DNA of 63,028 bases, filler included, from Platydemus manokwari (GCA_037951405.1; 6 parts of 6 records of this genome joined end to end with filler, not necessarily neighbours in it), one strand, 5' to 3'; shown: positions 1-19,612, counted from the first letter of the whole stretch. Numbers and translations are program-made. The notes: generated by a model not told the origin, from the sequence alone.

Positions 1-3000
1 AATAATAACGAAAAGATTGTCGGAAGACAAATAAAATAGCAATTATTATTATTATCTTTTAATTGATGTCATGATTTAGATAATTGTTTATTCTTATTAA
101 TTAATTATTAAAATTATTATTATATATTCTTTGAATTATCGCGACATTTAATGTTTTACATCTTATAATCACAACTGTTTTTGTTCTCATTATATATTAT
201 ATGGAATTTGATAAATCGTTTTATTTTTGTTTTTGTTGTTAGGAATCTTGGATTTTGGTGACAAGGTAATATTTATGAATAATAAATATTAAAGAATAAA
301 CGATCGCTAAAATACAAACCAAGATTTCGTTTTTGTTTGAATTATAAATCTATTTTTTTATTTACATTCTTGCTCAATAAATTTGGAATTTTGACAAATA
401 CAATTTTCAGTTATCGGTAAATTTCTTGTTATTGTGTTTTTGATAAGTTATTATTATTATCATTATTATTATTATTTTAATGTGAAATCTATCAATCGAT
501 TATCTCTGATGAATATGTTTGTCTTAAGAATTACTAAAATATTATGATTGATTTGATTTGATTTGTAAATTTAGAAATGTGTTGGCTTTTTTAATTTATT
601 ACTTCATTAATTAAATATTATATGGATTTGGATTAAATTTCTGTTCAAGTTTTCATAAGATTATATGACAATATTAAACATGTGTAAAATAGCGAAAATT
701 GGTTTTCTTCAATAATTGTGAATCGTCTTTACAAACATAAACATGGAGCCAATAAATAGTTCGTCAAATGATGGCTATTTCGTTTAAATTGATTATCATT
801 TATCCTTGGCCGTTATACATTGTTGTGATACACGTTCTGTATATTTATATGTAGTGAAAAATACTTATAAACATCAATCAATTAGCTTGTAGGTTGTGCC
901 TGATATGGAATCGCAATTTCTTACACTATAAATAAAATACACGTCGTGTCATGTTTTGACCATTATTCGGTAACAATATGTTATTCTTTGCATATAAAAT
1001 TGAATCTTTTATGAATTGTTTTGATAAATGTCTTTGATAAATATTTATCTTGTTTATTGATTAATGAAATAAGTGAGTTAGATCAATTTTAAACATTTGA
1101 TTGAGAAATAGAAATATAATAATATTAATTGATTGTTATAAAATATGTTTACCTTTGAACTGTTTGTGGATTACAAAAATATTTTTACTTCATTCAATTT
1201 AACAAATATGATTTCATTTCAGGATTATTTTAAAATTAAAAATAATCATTAATCCGTGTATATTATCAACATAAATATAGAAACAATAAATTGGAACTTA
1301 TTGAGGTTATATGTTGTGATTTACTTTGATAATTATAATTGTTAAATAATAATTGTTTGTCTACAATAGCTGGAAATATTTTTTTTGAAAATAGCTGATT
1401 TCGTGTAAAAATTGATGGAAAAAAACTCAATCTTCACCAGCAGTACAAATCAATTAAATGTGAAGAATATCACGAATCACACCAGATACAAGCTCATTGG
1501 ATTTTGTAGTGATAAAGAAAACTAAACCCATCGTTATTAACCAAAATTTAAACATTCATCTATTATAAAGATGTTTTCAAATCGTTTAATTCTTTATGAA
1601 TGTTTCACAAGTTCTTGAGATACAAGAATTGCAGCACTATTTTCTTTCTAAAGATTTAGGATTTCGTCAATCACACTCAGATGATGTTTTGCTTTCCAGC
1701 TAAGTTAGACCATTCAGTATTTTCATAACGTTTAATATTTCCATGTTCATATTTTGTGCATTTTCGATCCTTTGAATGACATGTAGTTCTTTTTGAATCA
1801 CCAGTTTAAGATCTCCGTTAATAGTTTCAGATTGAGCGCACAAACAAATTTACTATATATTCTTGGAGGTAGAACTGGTTCGGTTTCTGACTTGAATTCA
1901 AATAAATCAAATCTTCGTGTTCAGCATTTAAAATATATAAAGCATTCGTGAAGAGCTAGAAATTGTTACCCGTTACTCCTCGTTAATGAGCACTATTTGA
2001 GATCTATAAGCTGTCACTTTGGTTGCATAGTATTTCCAGTCATTTCGCTTAGTATGTCTCCAATTATATGTGATTGTTTTAAAAATCATTTCGTATTCAT
2101 TTTGGAGATGCAACAGTAACTAAATTTTCCCTTGTCATTCCATCAAGAAAATTTCATATTCGAAACCACTCTTTAAATTCATTATTTCTCCTTAAATCAT
2201 TTTTCTAACATGGTACCATTTCATGAGTGAAGAGATGAATGCCCATCACTAAACTGTTATAATTTCATAAAAATATTTATTAAATGTATTCAAATAGCTA
2301 TTTTATTTCAAAATATAAATTGTGCGTGTTCATATTATCACTGGAATTAGTGACATTATTTAGGTGGTTAAAACAAATTAGAAATATTATCGTGATTAAC
2401 TAATTGGCTTACATTATATTTAAAATCGATATATTTGAAATATCTTTTCATAAAGCTAAAAATAGTAAATCGACATAATTATTTATACTTATTTTACTAT
2501 TACTTATTATAATCAGTAATTTAAATGGATATAATATTAAATATTTTTATGTTAACAGCCGATTGGAGATTATTCTTTGTTTTTGAATGATGTCTAGCCA
2601 TTAAAATCAAACGAAAAAAAAATCAAAAGAAAGTTGTTTGCTAAAGCCAAGCAGGAATTATCTTATTTTATGTGAAAATAATTCTTTTATATTCATCTAT
2701 ATAATTGATTGGTTATTCATCGAAAAACTTTCCTGCTTAATAGATGTGATTTCGTTAATGGAAAGATGCTTTTAAATCTAGTAAAAATGCAATCTGTGAT
2801 GACATCGATTTATTTTTATCAGAATACAATTTTGATCAGGATTATTTCTGAAGTTTCGAGAAATGTTTGTTATTTATATTTTTGGTATGTTGCTATTTGA
2901 TATCTGATCATTCAATAAGGCATTTTATCGATATTGTTTGTAAATACATTCACAATACATACGCAATATGGAATATATAAATGGATTTCTTTATATTTCA

Positions 3001-3970
3001 AAGATTAACTGGAGTTTGATGATGAATATTTAAAGAAAATCCAATACAATATAAATAATCGATTGTTGTTTTATTATTTCTCGTCGGGACCCATACAAAA
3101 TGCATTCTATTTTCTTCGATTTATATACATATGATTTTAGTGAATTTTCCGAATCTTTTAGGCCTCCAGGTGACTGCATATGATTTTTGTTAACGCATAA
3201 TCAGATAAATATTTTCGAAAATCATACCCATGTCATTTTTATTTTCTTAATAAATGATTTCTCACCCTAATCAGAATAAATTTGAAAATACTTCTGAATT
3301 TGAAAAAATTTTGTTTTCAATTTAATCGTTTTACTGAAGACCTTCCGCCTTGACTAAAACTGCAATTAAAATACTTCTTTAAATTTAATAAACTCTTGTC
3401 GGTAAAATTATTTTATCAGAAATTTTGTTGTAATATTTTAGTCTTGAAGGTCATTAAACCAAAATGTTGAAATATTCATTTGCTGGTTTGCCACTACCTA
3501 TTATAAAATTTAGTTCTCTGGAGGAAAAGCCCTCATTTATAATTTGAGAAAAATTGAATTTAATAATTCTCATTCTATTTTATTAAGCAATCATCTCAAA
3601 ACTATTGTCTTCTACATACAATACTGTTATATAGAATTATACATTTTAATAAGGAAGCCATATCACAAATATATTTCTGACAAATTCATTTTCTCTGCCA
3701 AAAATCCTGTCTTGGTTTTCTTTACCATTTATGTCAAGCAACCTTTTTATATTATATCATTTACAAGCTACAATTGAGTTTTTTGTAGATCAAAAGTTTT
3801 CTATTTTTCTTGAATTTCAAGGCTTTTTGATTTATTAATTTTTGAAGTTTAAATGGCTAAGTGATTTATAATAAGCTTTTTAATTTTCAATAAATAACCT
3901 CATACATGATTTTACATTGGTATCATAATCTGAAAAAAATATATTATGTTAATTATACAGTGACCTACAA

Positions 3971-4431
3971 CAACGCGAAATATTATATTGGGGGCGTCTA
4001 AAATTTTTAATTCTAAAATAAAATTTAGTTGTTATTATTTCTGTTTTGTTGGAAGTAATTTATTGTATGAATTAAACTCTTCATTTCATTGCTTTTTTTC
4101 AATAATATTGAAACACGGCAGATTTATGAATATTTTATACCCAGGAAAATGGATAAGTGGCTAATAAAAAGTGATGCAGAAAATGATTAAAATAAAATTT
4201 TATTTTATTGTTGCTTTATTTTTTTCAATTAATTGCAATTTTTATTTTGTGATAAAATTATTAATTAATAGAGAAGGATAATTTGAATTATATCTTGTTA
4301 TGAAGACGATATTTATTTCATTTAAATAGTATTTCATATGGGAGTTATGACCGATTACGGGACCATTTTAGGGGCGTCAGTAGCTAATATAATAAAATGG
4401 GGGCCCAATTTAAAAAGTTTGCGCACCCCTG
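3971..4431. mobile_element. Non-autonomous hAT-type (Buster/Charlie-like) MITE
   Basis: An 8-bp direct repeat ACCTACAA (3963-3970 and 4432-4439, central TA as in Buster-type target-site duplications) flanks the segment. The right end reads AAAAGTTTGCGCACCCCTG, whose reverse complement CAGGGGTGCGCAAAC is a typical hAT terminus. The left TIR is degenerate (CAACGCGAAATA). GGGGCGTC motifs occur near both ends. Confidence 0.5.
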
Positions 4432-7400
4432 ACCTACAACACCTCGCATACTACATCTTTTACAAGCTTGGTCGTAAAGCATTCGTATTAATTATGAAAC
4501 CAAATCGTAAAAGTATTGACAATTATAATTTCATATAATTTCAAACCGTTTATTTATAAATTCAGCCAACAATCGATTATCGATACATTTGGGTGATAAA
4601 TATTTATTAACTCAATCAAGGTTTCAGATTACAGTTCTAAGAGTTATTCTGTGAATTCCTCTGCAAACTTTCACTATGCCAAAGATGTTTTTCCATGAAT
4701 TTGTTAAGCTGTAGTAGAATTTTTTGTCAAATTTAATAAAATTCCATGGGAATCTCGATAATGTTTTTAGTTCATATTTGTTTTTCACCTCAATTATCCT
4801 CTGTTTTAGATATGAGTGGATAATTTGTTGAGCTCTATTCCAGTGATCATTTGGCAGCAGTAACCACCCCACATGGAATGGGAATTTGCTCTAATGGATT
4901 CTGTCTTAGTTAACGCTTCAGTGATAATCTTTGAATCACACTTTATAAAGAAATACTCGCTTAAAATTTTTGTATTTGCACGTCATGGTTTTATTTCCAT
5001 CTATTGATTATCAGCCAACCTATTCTACTAATGGACATTTTTTGGAATTTTTTGAATATTATATATATTCACTATTTACATTTTATTCGATTTATAATAT
5101 TATTTAATCTTTATTTTTGTTTAGTATTGGTTTCAAATCAAATTGCTTTTTATTAACTACTTATTATAATAAATAATATGAAATTTATTTTGAAATTCTT
5201 AATAATTATCAAACATATTCAAACAAATAGAATTTATTGTCGAATTAATATTACAATACAAGCATAATATTTAATTTTCTATCAGATCTCAATTATTTTT
5301 CATATCCTGATTTCGTATATTTTATCATATTATTTAATAATGGTTTTTTTTCTCGAAACATTGTCAAGATATAATGACAGCAAAGGAATTTATTGAAAAC
5401 GGGATGAATTATTTTTGGGGATTCAGATAATTTATTGTGGTTTTTTGATATCATTTATTGTTTTATGATCGAATTGTTCATTTGGTCGAATTGTGACAAA
5501 ATGCGAACAAATACAATTTATTTCTGAAATAGTTCTGTTTATGATCATTAATGATTCCATTTCTTATATCGACAATCAAATATTATGGTCATGTGAAAAT
5601 GTATTATCAAATCAAGTTATGCACTTATAGTATTTCTTATCCATACGAATTCCATCACATCCCTACTCTAAATCGAATTCGATAGAAGAGAAGTTATTGT
5701 GGTTCGAATGAATTTTTTTGTTGATAATTTTGGTCTTATCTTCATAAACCAACAGGTTGGAAAAAGTTTCAACATAAGAGTTACAAAAATATTCTTCAAT
5801 CAACTCGATGTTTCAATTTTAACTGACATTTTTGATTATAAAGACTTCTGAGCTTTAGAATTTTTTTATCTTTGATTATCTGTAAGTTGGGATTTTTTTG
5901 ACCACAACCAATCCATTCGTGGGGATTTATTTGATCAATTTAACTCGTTTTTTTAACTACAAGAATTGTTTCAATTCTTTCAAATAACGATTTATAAACA
6001 ACACACATTCAATGGCTTACAATTTTACTTCACACAACTTTGAAATCAAATGATTACATTTTATAGTCCTATTTTCTCATACATCTAGTGACGATTTAAA
6101 CAAAAATTAAAACATCTGGAATATGGTTCAATGAGAGCTTTAAGAAAATGAACACTATACGCGATAATGAAAGAAATACAACAAAGGAGAATGGAAAAGG
6201 ATATTGACAAGAAATTATGATTTATTATATAATTTCTGGAACACAACATATTGTATTTTTATCAAACAGTCGGCTTTCATAATATATTGAATAGATATAA
6301 CATCATAGATTCAATAAAAGATTCTTTAAACTTATTCTGTAAAAGTTCTTAAATCCGATCCAAATTATTGACAAGCCACAAGTCTTCAATCTAAAAGCAT
6401 TATCTATGAAACCTTAATTATGATTTTAAAAGCCAATTGAAGAGACTTTGTCTTATCGATATTAGCAATGTACACTTTGGGCACAATTCGATGATATTCA
6501 TTATTATTTTAAGTTCAGATAAATACACCGAGACAACTATAAGCTTTAATAATAATCTTTTTCTTCTTGGTATCAATCAATCTCAATATCATTATGAATA
6601 ATTAAGTATTAAATTAAAAGGATCGATTTTTTTTTAAAATAAACCTCGAAAAGTTTCTTCCGGGTTATTTGAGAAGTATAATTTAAACTTTCTCATTCTT
6701 GATAATCGTGCCTATACCAAATATTTTAGTATCTCAATCGATAGAAACTCGCTTTCATAATTAACTGGCTTCTGAATTGCAGTCGTCAAGTTATTCCTAT
6801 TTTAACCGATTTTTTTCCGCAAACGAAACGTTTCTAGAATTATTGATTCTCAAAACTGGAAATCATTACCAAACAATTTTTCCAGTTCCTCATCAACTAA
6901 AGAAAACGGCTCGATTTCAAGTAAAAATCAAAACATCGAATCCATCAATCAACAATCCAATGCAAAAAAAAATATCATCGATTCAAACAAAATCGTCGAA
7001 ACGAAAATATATTTTACAGTGAAATATAATTAATTAACTTTTTTTCAAACCTTTTTTCTTTCTAGCAAACTTTTCTCACATCAACAACGGAATTCCAACA
7101 TGCCAAATTGTATCATTACTATTATTATTATTATAATTTTATATTCATTATCACGATTAATAATTGATAATATTAGAAATCCAGTGATTTGATGCTCGAC
7201 AATTTCCCAAACAACAACGAGAGCAAATTAATTGAAAGAAAATTTTATAACTGTTCATTTCTGCAGTATAGCAAAGTGAATTTAATATAATTTCTTTTTT
7301 ATTTTTGGAAATTCCTTTTCTCCAAATTAACCAAAAATTTTAAGTGAGTGTTACTGGAGCAGGGCTAGTATTGATTACACGGAGACAAGATGATGGGATG

Positions 7401-9411
7401 TTCGGTGTATTAGGAAATTAGGCCGCAGATTTAAGTCAGCTGGAAACGATGCTAAAGTTATTGGACTTGCATTTCTATGAGAGAGAAAGAGAGTTTGAGA
7501 CTAATGTTTCATGCTTCACTTGTTGCAGCTTTGAGTCTGCAGACAAATCTCTTACAGTTGTAATTCAGATCTCTCTCAAATATGCAGTTTAATTGGCTAT
7601 TATAAACATTATCGTTCGATTCTTTCTGACAAAGCTACACAGGATAAAGAAATGCTTGATCTGTACTTCCTGCCAAACTCGCCAATTTGAATCTTGGATG
7701 GGGATTTCAAATTTCATACAATTCATTGATTTGGGTTTCGTTAACGTTTCTTTACAAATCGATTGATAGATTAATTACGTTAATTAATTATAAATTCGTT
7801 AAAACAAAGCCAATTTCTTCTGTTTTCAGATAGAGCTATAAGCAACAACAACAACAACAACAAAAAACAAACCTAAACAATAATTTGGTTGTTGGATTTT
7901 AATTGTATTACAAATTTTTTTTTCTTTTTTTTCCAAAGCAAATGTTTCCATCAATTAATTCTCGTTTGAATGAATTATTAAACGAATAGATTCCAATTTT
8001 TCTCTTTTCTCCAAAGTATTCGTATCAACGGTTTCTACTAACAAGCAACTCGAGCCGAAGAACAATAAATTGAAGAAATTAAACAAATCGTTCTTTGATA
8101 TCAAATATGATTTTCTTTCATCGCAACAGACATACACAAACGGATTAGATTTTTTTTTCTTTTCCGATTTTTATTTATTAGTCTTAGGTTTGATTTTGAT
8201 TTGTATTTTATTTTTTTTATCGATTTTCTTTTCAAAATGAAAAACCAAAAACCGATTTTCTTCGATGGTTTGAATCAGAAATTCCCAGTTTTTGTTTCTT
8301 ATAGGATTAAAAAAAAAGAATTTCAAAAAAAAATGAAAAAAAAAATATCGAAAATGTCTTCACCAATCGATTTTTTCAAATGTGTTTTTTGCTGTAGTTT
8401 TATTTATTTATTTTCATTTGTTTTTTTCGTGCGAAATTAATTGTCCTAATTTGGCTGGGGTTCGTGTGTAACGATCTCAATAATCCGGGGATAATTACTG
8501 GGTCGATTATGATCAAAACAACTGTGTTGCTGGAAAATACTCAGGTCAAGTCGACGAATCTACTATCTCACTCTAATCATTGTTGAGCATTGACAAAAAT
8601 ATAATTCAACAATAATAGCAAATGTTAAGTTAATTGAATATGCCTTATATGCTCAAAGTCAGTGGCCCATTTTCTTTGAACGAATTCTTTCCAATGAAAC
8701 AGCCTATAATTAGCTTTGATGTAGTTTCTATAAACATTTTACTTCTTTAATGACAAATCAACAATGAAGAAATCGTTAAAGAAACCCTATCTTGTTTGGG
8801 GAATGTTATGTCCCGGTTGTTAATAGCCTGCTATGTTGTTCTGCTACTGCTATTATTGTTTTCCTATTAACACCGTGCGACTTTCAGAGTTCTGATTGAC
8901 TATATCGGAGCCAGCATGCGAGTCTGATACTGTTGAATGTGTGTTTACATGTGCACAATACCGACACACCGGAACAGGCTATTATTACATTCTTCTGCAT
9001 TTTCATCGCGGACATGGAACACACACAGTCTTCGACTCTCACACGCTGCTCGGTTGACCGGGAGAATAACTGCAATATAATTTACTTGCCATAATTGCAT
9101 TCAATTAGTAATTGTTGGGTTACTCCTTTCATCGCAACTCTCATTATTTTATGTGTGCTACAAGAACAATTAATAAAAGTCTCACCTTCATTAGCTGAGT
9201 CTATTTGAACAAAACCAATGAGTTTCTTGTTATTAGCATAGTTTAAATATTTACTTAATTATTTTTTTTTCGAATATTAATTAAATGGAATATGGGATAT
9301 ATTCTAGAAGGGAAAAAATAATTTTAACATGGCATTTTTCAATCGATAATTTTCATTGAATTTTTTCTGTCATTATTATTATTATTATTATTATTGTTAT
9401 CGAGTTTTTAT

Positions 9412-9511
9412 NNNNNNNNNNNNNNNNNNNNNNNNNNNNNNNNNNNNNNNNNNNNTTAATTAATTAANNNNNNNNNNNNNNNNNNNNNNNNNNNNNNNNN
9501 NNNNNNNNNNN
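9412..9511. other. Artificial contig-joining spacer (44 N + TTAATTAATTAA + 44 N)
   Basis: Exactly 100 nt with a six-frame-stop linker, identical to four other spacers in the window. Confidence 0.97.
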
Positions 9512-10084
9512 ATTTTGTTTTGTTTGTGTTTTGTTTTTTTTTGTTTAGCGAAAAAACCGGAAAGGAATTACCGACACACCTGGTATTTGCAATAATAATT
9601 GATATTTTTATTATATAAAATATGATTTGTTTCTTAATACTTATTTATCATTAATATTATATATTAATGTATTTTTCTTGAAATATTTGTTTTGTTTATT
9701 ATTCGATTATTTCTTGCAATTTCACCCGTCTCTACAACAATTAATTTTTTTCTACTAGATAATTATTTATTTTCAGAAGATCTTTCTTACATTCACGATT
9801 GTTTTACACGTGTTTTCTCATACGCATTGTATTTTTCATTCAACTGTCAAACAAATAATTTCATATATTTTATAAATTTAAGATAATAAAATTGACCTAC
9901 ACCATTGTTTTTATATATAATTATGATAAAATAGGTTTGATGATTTTATATATATTCCGGGCTATACTTTTATCAGCAAGTCTCTCTCGACCTGGGAGTT
10001 TTGTCTCTTCGAGTATGCATTTTACTAGTTGAATGGATAATGTCTAAAAATAATAAATAATATTTATAATTTAAAATATCATGA

Positions 10085-14830
<4,746 letters not shown>

Positions 14831-16959
14831 TATATTTATTTAATAAGATTTTTTTGCTTTGTCATTTTTTGAAATCGGTGAATTATTATTATTATTATAG
14901 AGCCTTATGTCTTGTACAGAATTACTCAGTTTATTGCTATTTTAGCATCCTGACTGACTTCTAGATGTTTCAATTCCAGTAATTATGATGAGATAATGAT
15001 AATGATATATATATACATGAAAATAGATATTGTTGCAAGTCGTGGTGCTACTGATGATGAGAAGAGTATGATGTTTCGTTATTGTGTAGTGAAGATAATA
15101 GAAAATTAGTGTTTTTTTAAATTATTTTTTATATCATGGATTTATGATTTCATCAATTGTTGTGAAACCGATCAAATGTGTCTGTACAGGACTCGTGGTT
15201 CTTTGAGGATAGAGGGACATTTCGATAACGACTAAATGTTTTAGTTGGCCGTTTCTTTTTTCGAAATTACATGGTCTGTGTTTATAATATTAAATGATGA
15301 TTGTTTACATTTAGTCCAGTGATTTTTCTATATAATGTTTCAATATGATAATTCATGGGTCAAATGATAATGATATAACGTTAAACATATAATTGTGAAT
15401 TTGAAGTAAATTAAACAAGTGTTTGCTTTGGATTGATTTTTAAATTATATAAGCAACTTACAACACATTAAACAGTTAAGCAAAAAGATATTTTTTTAAG
15501 ATATATTACTAGAATAATGGGAAAAAATTAAACCGGCAAGTTTTGTCTTTATTGAAAATATAGATGTTATATCAAAGTTAACAAAGAAAAGAAAATTAAT
15601 TAGGAAGTTAATATATTAATAAGGAAGTTAAACAAAACCATCAGATTGTAGGAAGATAAATCAATAACAAATCATGACAACAGCAATGTACAATAAACTT
15701 AAACAAAATTTTAATAAAGAACCATGTATTCACGTAGCATTTAAACTCAGGTGATTATTTCCACTTTAAAGGATGTGTCCTGGCATTTAAGGTAGTACGA
15801 CTGATAATCGATTTTCTCGAGGTATATGCATACCGTACATTTGATAATTTGAATTGTATTTATTTTTACACATCAATTTTTTTAATAAAGTTTTATATCA
15901 TCATTTATTGTCTACTCACTTGAGACATTATTATTATTATTATTATTGAATAGCAAGTCTTTATTATTGAAAAGTAGGATTGTCATTAGGTTATATCCGG
16001 CTAAGTTAGCTAATCTTTATTTAATATCTTTGTAGTCGGATATTATAAAATATAATTTGATAAATAATTTTACAAATATAAGCCTTGTGCAGTTCATACT
16101 TCTAAATGTCATTTTTGACTTTAACCAATTAAAACACAGAGAACAAGCTTTTGAATTGTCAATTTGAACATTGTTTGGATGCAATATAGGTCTGCTTTGT
16201 AGATTATACAGAAGTAACTGTTTATAAAATCAAACACTCAAGTCTTTATCAAAGTAAAATCAATGTGATAATAACTACAATTTTTTCATTATAGATCTCT
16301 GTTATATCCATGATGTTTTCGTTGAAAAATGAAAAAATGGATAACTTAATTTATTAATCACATATTTTTTAAGCATATGTTACCACAATATCAATTAATA
16401 CCAAAAGTCAAGACTTTATTCTTATTTTAATCATTTGGTTTTATTTTAAAGGTTTATTTGAGATTGGACTAGTGTTATTCACGAAACTGCTTATATCGTT
16501 AAAAGCTTAAATTGATAACCAAAATCGATAACCAAATAATTCATGAATAAAAACATCAATAATAGAACAATTACAGACTAGTTAGAACATTTATTTAATA
16601 GAACATCAATATAGCATTGTTAATATCTCTGAAAGCCTGAATAAGATTGAAACTGACCTGAAATAATAAAATTCAAAAGTAATAATTAAGAAACCTTGAA
16701 TGTACCTAAACGCTGCTTGGAAAGTGAATAAAATAGGAATAGTAAAACAACTGAAATTGAAAGTTAATTAGAAATTTTAAAATTTTAAAATTAGTTTGAA
16801 AACTTGATTAAGGAATTAGAAGTTTAAATTGAAAATTGATAGCAGATAAAAGTTAGTTGAAAGTTAAAAATTGAATTTAAGAACATCAAAGTTCAAAATT
16901 AATAAATTATGGATAAGATAAGTTTCATATATATAGCTGATAGTACCAATGATAGGAGT

Positions 16960-17170
16960 GAATTATGAATATAATACGAACATATATGTCCCCATAAACC
17001 CATATGATGGAAAGCAAGAAACTTTCGATGATTTCTTTAACGAATTTGATAGAATTACAGGTGCACATCGCTGGACCTAGACGCAGAAAGGTCGACGTCT
17101 ATAATTATACCTTAAATGTTAAGCCTTACAAATTTATCTGGACATCACACCAGCTCAACAACTAAATGAT
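16960..17170 (+). mobile_element. Decayed Ty3/Gypsy gag (capsid N-terminal) remnant
   Basis: Translates as PINPYDGKQETFDDFFNEFDRITGAHRWT*TQKGRRL*LYLKC*ALQIY. This fits the gag pattern (F/Y)xG...F..FE...W....K...L...L...A, with in-frame stops. Confidence 0.55.
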
Positions 17171-17599
17171 TAATTAATTAACCTAGGTGAGCACGAACTC
17201 ACCCTTCACCACACTGTACTGTCCGACCATGACATTAGAGCATGCAAACTCAACTTCATCTAATCAAAATAAACCCCATTACTGGCAATGACATTATCAC
17301 TCCGACCCCGTATCAAAAACCACAATTACCCCCATTAAGTCTAAGCCGTGAAAATTTGATCGATTTCATTGTCAATGAATAACCAGTGTTGATGTCGAAT
17401 CAATCACTCAGACCCCATTTAAGACAGATAGATACAGCCCGCTAAATAAAACTATACCATACAAATTATATGGAGGCATACCATGTATAAATCAGCTACC
17501 TCTTCACCAAGACCAAAAATGTACTCAAACACTACTAGGATAAGCACAACCAAGACATCCCAACCGCTTTTACAATCTTATGTCACTGAAGTTTCTAGG

Positions 17600-19480
17600 G
17601 AATTTCATTAATTTTAAGCTCCACAGTGACAAACATGAGTGTACTGCTCTTGTTAGTGCTTCACAGTCCACCTTGAAAGACGTAGAATTAACTCCGGAGG
17701 AATCATAATGTCTTTAGTCCGTCAAGTGTATACCTTCAGATTAGAATAAATACCAAAATTCCGTACTTCATGTTCTTTGATTCGTAACTTATTGGACGGA
17801 AGTAAATCTTTGGAATATAATCGACCAATTTTTATGACCGATGTGGCACAACTCCTCATAAAGGTATCTCGATAGTTTTGACTACATTAATAAACCGACT
17901 TTTTGATTTAACTTCTTTAGCACCTTTTTGCTGAGTTAAGCACTGTTAACAAAATGCTTCGTTGATCCTTGAAAAACCATAAGCATTTCCATGATTGATC
18001 CTTTCCAATTTTGTAGTTCGAAGTTGAATCCGGATAAGTTTGCAAGCCATGTTTGAAGCTGAGGGCTAATCGGTTTGCTATATGTCAATGCCTTGTGATC
18101 ATTGCGAGTCACAAATTTCTTTTCCAGTAGATAATGCTTAAAGCTCCTTCCTCATGGCACTATACCTTTTTCATGACTGTTAAGAGTTATAGAAGTATAG
18201 GCTACTACTCTCTATATTCTAGTATCATCTAACTGGCTTAGAACACCGTCAATAACTCCGAAACTAGCATCGCTATCTAAAATCATCTCTTTGTTTAAAT
18301 CCAGAAAGGCCAAAATCGGAGCTGTGCATAATTGTTTCTTTAGGTTTCCAAAACTTTCCTCACACTCTGTAGTCCACTTCAAGTCATCATTGCATATAAC
18401 GGAGACGTAGTTATTGGGCAATCTTTGATAAATCGTCTGTAATAATTGCATAACACTTAAAGATCTTAATTGAGTGATAAAACTGGGTTTTATTGCTTCC
18501 TTAACCTTCTTTACTTTGTCGTTGTTCGTTTCGATGCCTTCTGCACTAACTGTGTGACTCTAGGAAATTCAATTTTCTAGTGCCGAAAGAGCATTTTTCT
18601 AGATTGACTTTCAAACCTGATTATTTAATCAACCTGAATACGTTGTCAAGTTTCTCATTGTGTTCCTATACTGTTCTTCTAGGCACTAAAATATCTTCCA
18701 GATAAGCAAGAATGCCTTTGTTAATCAAATCCTTGAATATCCTATTCATTAGACTCTGAAACGTTGCTGATACGGTACATTATTCAAAAGGTAGTTTATT
18801 AAAGGCAGAATTGCCCAGTTATAGAGTTGAACTTCTTTTTCAACTTAGAATCTTTCTCAAGTTCGACCTGATAATATGCTTAGCTTAACTCTATTGTGGC
18901 GAAAATTGTCGCATCAAACACCGAGTCCTTTGAATATCAGATAGAGGAAAAGAAAACTTTTCGGTTTATCGTTTAATTTTCGGAGGTCTAAATATATCCT
19001 GATCGATAGATCTTTCTTTGGAACAATAACCGAAGGAGAGTTTCAAGGGCTCTTGCAAGGCGTTATAACATTACTTTCCAGATGATTTTCTATCAATTCT
19101 TGAAATTTGGTTTCTAACTTTATTGGTTGGTCCATTTTGTTCAGATCTCGTGCTTTACCAAATCTGTTAATCCCAAATCTAACCAAGACTCTATAAAAAT
19201 TGAGCCATTTTCTTTTTATCATTTTTATCAACATTTCGATTCTGTTTTCATTGTTGTATTTATTGCCCACATCCTTGGCAAGGAATAATCCACAAGTGTT
19301 CATCATATCAACTCCGTACTGTTACTCTCAATTTTACTCCACTGTCTACCATCTGCTTTCTGATACATTTGTAAGCGCTTCTTCTTCATCTTTCTGTCTT
19401 TCTTCTTTACTTTTATTCTATCTCTAGCTGATATGTGTCCTATTGACTCAACCCCACTGACGAGATAGGCACAGGAGGTT
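17600..19480 (-). mobile_element. Decayed Ty3/Gypsy LTR-retrotransposon pol (RT + RNase H)
   Basis: Minus-strand motifs, interrupted by stops and frameshifts: VITPCKSP; FATIELS*AYYQV; KLPFE*CTVSATFQSLMNRIF; AYLEDILV (YxDD-like); WTTECEESFGNLKKQLCTAPILAF; LDSDASFGVIDGVLSQ; FKHYLLEKKFVTRNDHKALTY. Confidence 0.9.
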
Positions 19481-19512
19481 GATTCCAGTTTTTTTTGTCT
19501 TCCATGGAAAGT

Positions 19513-19612
19513 NNNNNNNNNNNNNNNNNNNNNNNNNNNNNNNNNNNNNNNNNNNNTTAATTAATTAANNNNNNNNNNNNNNNNNNNNNNNNNNNNNNNN
19601 NNNNNNNNNNNN
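19513..19612. other. Artificial contig-joining spacer
   Basis: 44 N + TTAATTAATTAA + 44 N. Confidence 0.97.

Noticed and set aside
1430-6560. Short ORFs and coding-like patches in the first contig (e.g. 4624-4872 minus, KYYGHVKMYYQIK near 5580)
   Set aside because: Probably very old transposon debris, but there is no diagnostic motif set, so no family can be supported.
9456-9467. Recurrent palindromic TTAATTAATTAA motif as a biological repeat
   Set aside because: Each of the five copies in question is centred in exactly 44+44 N, so they are assembly linkers.
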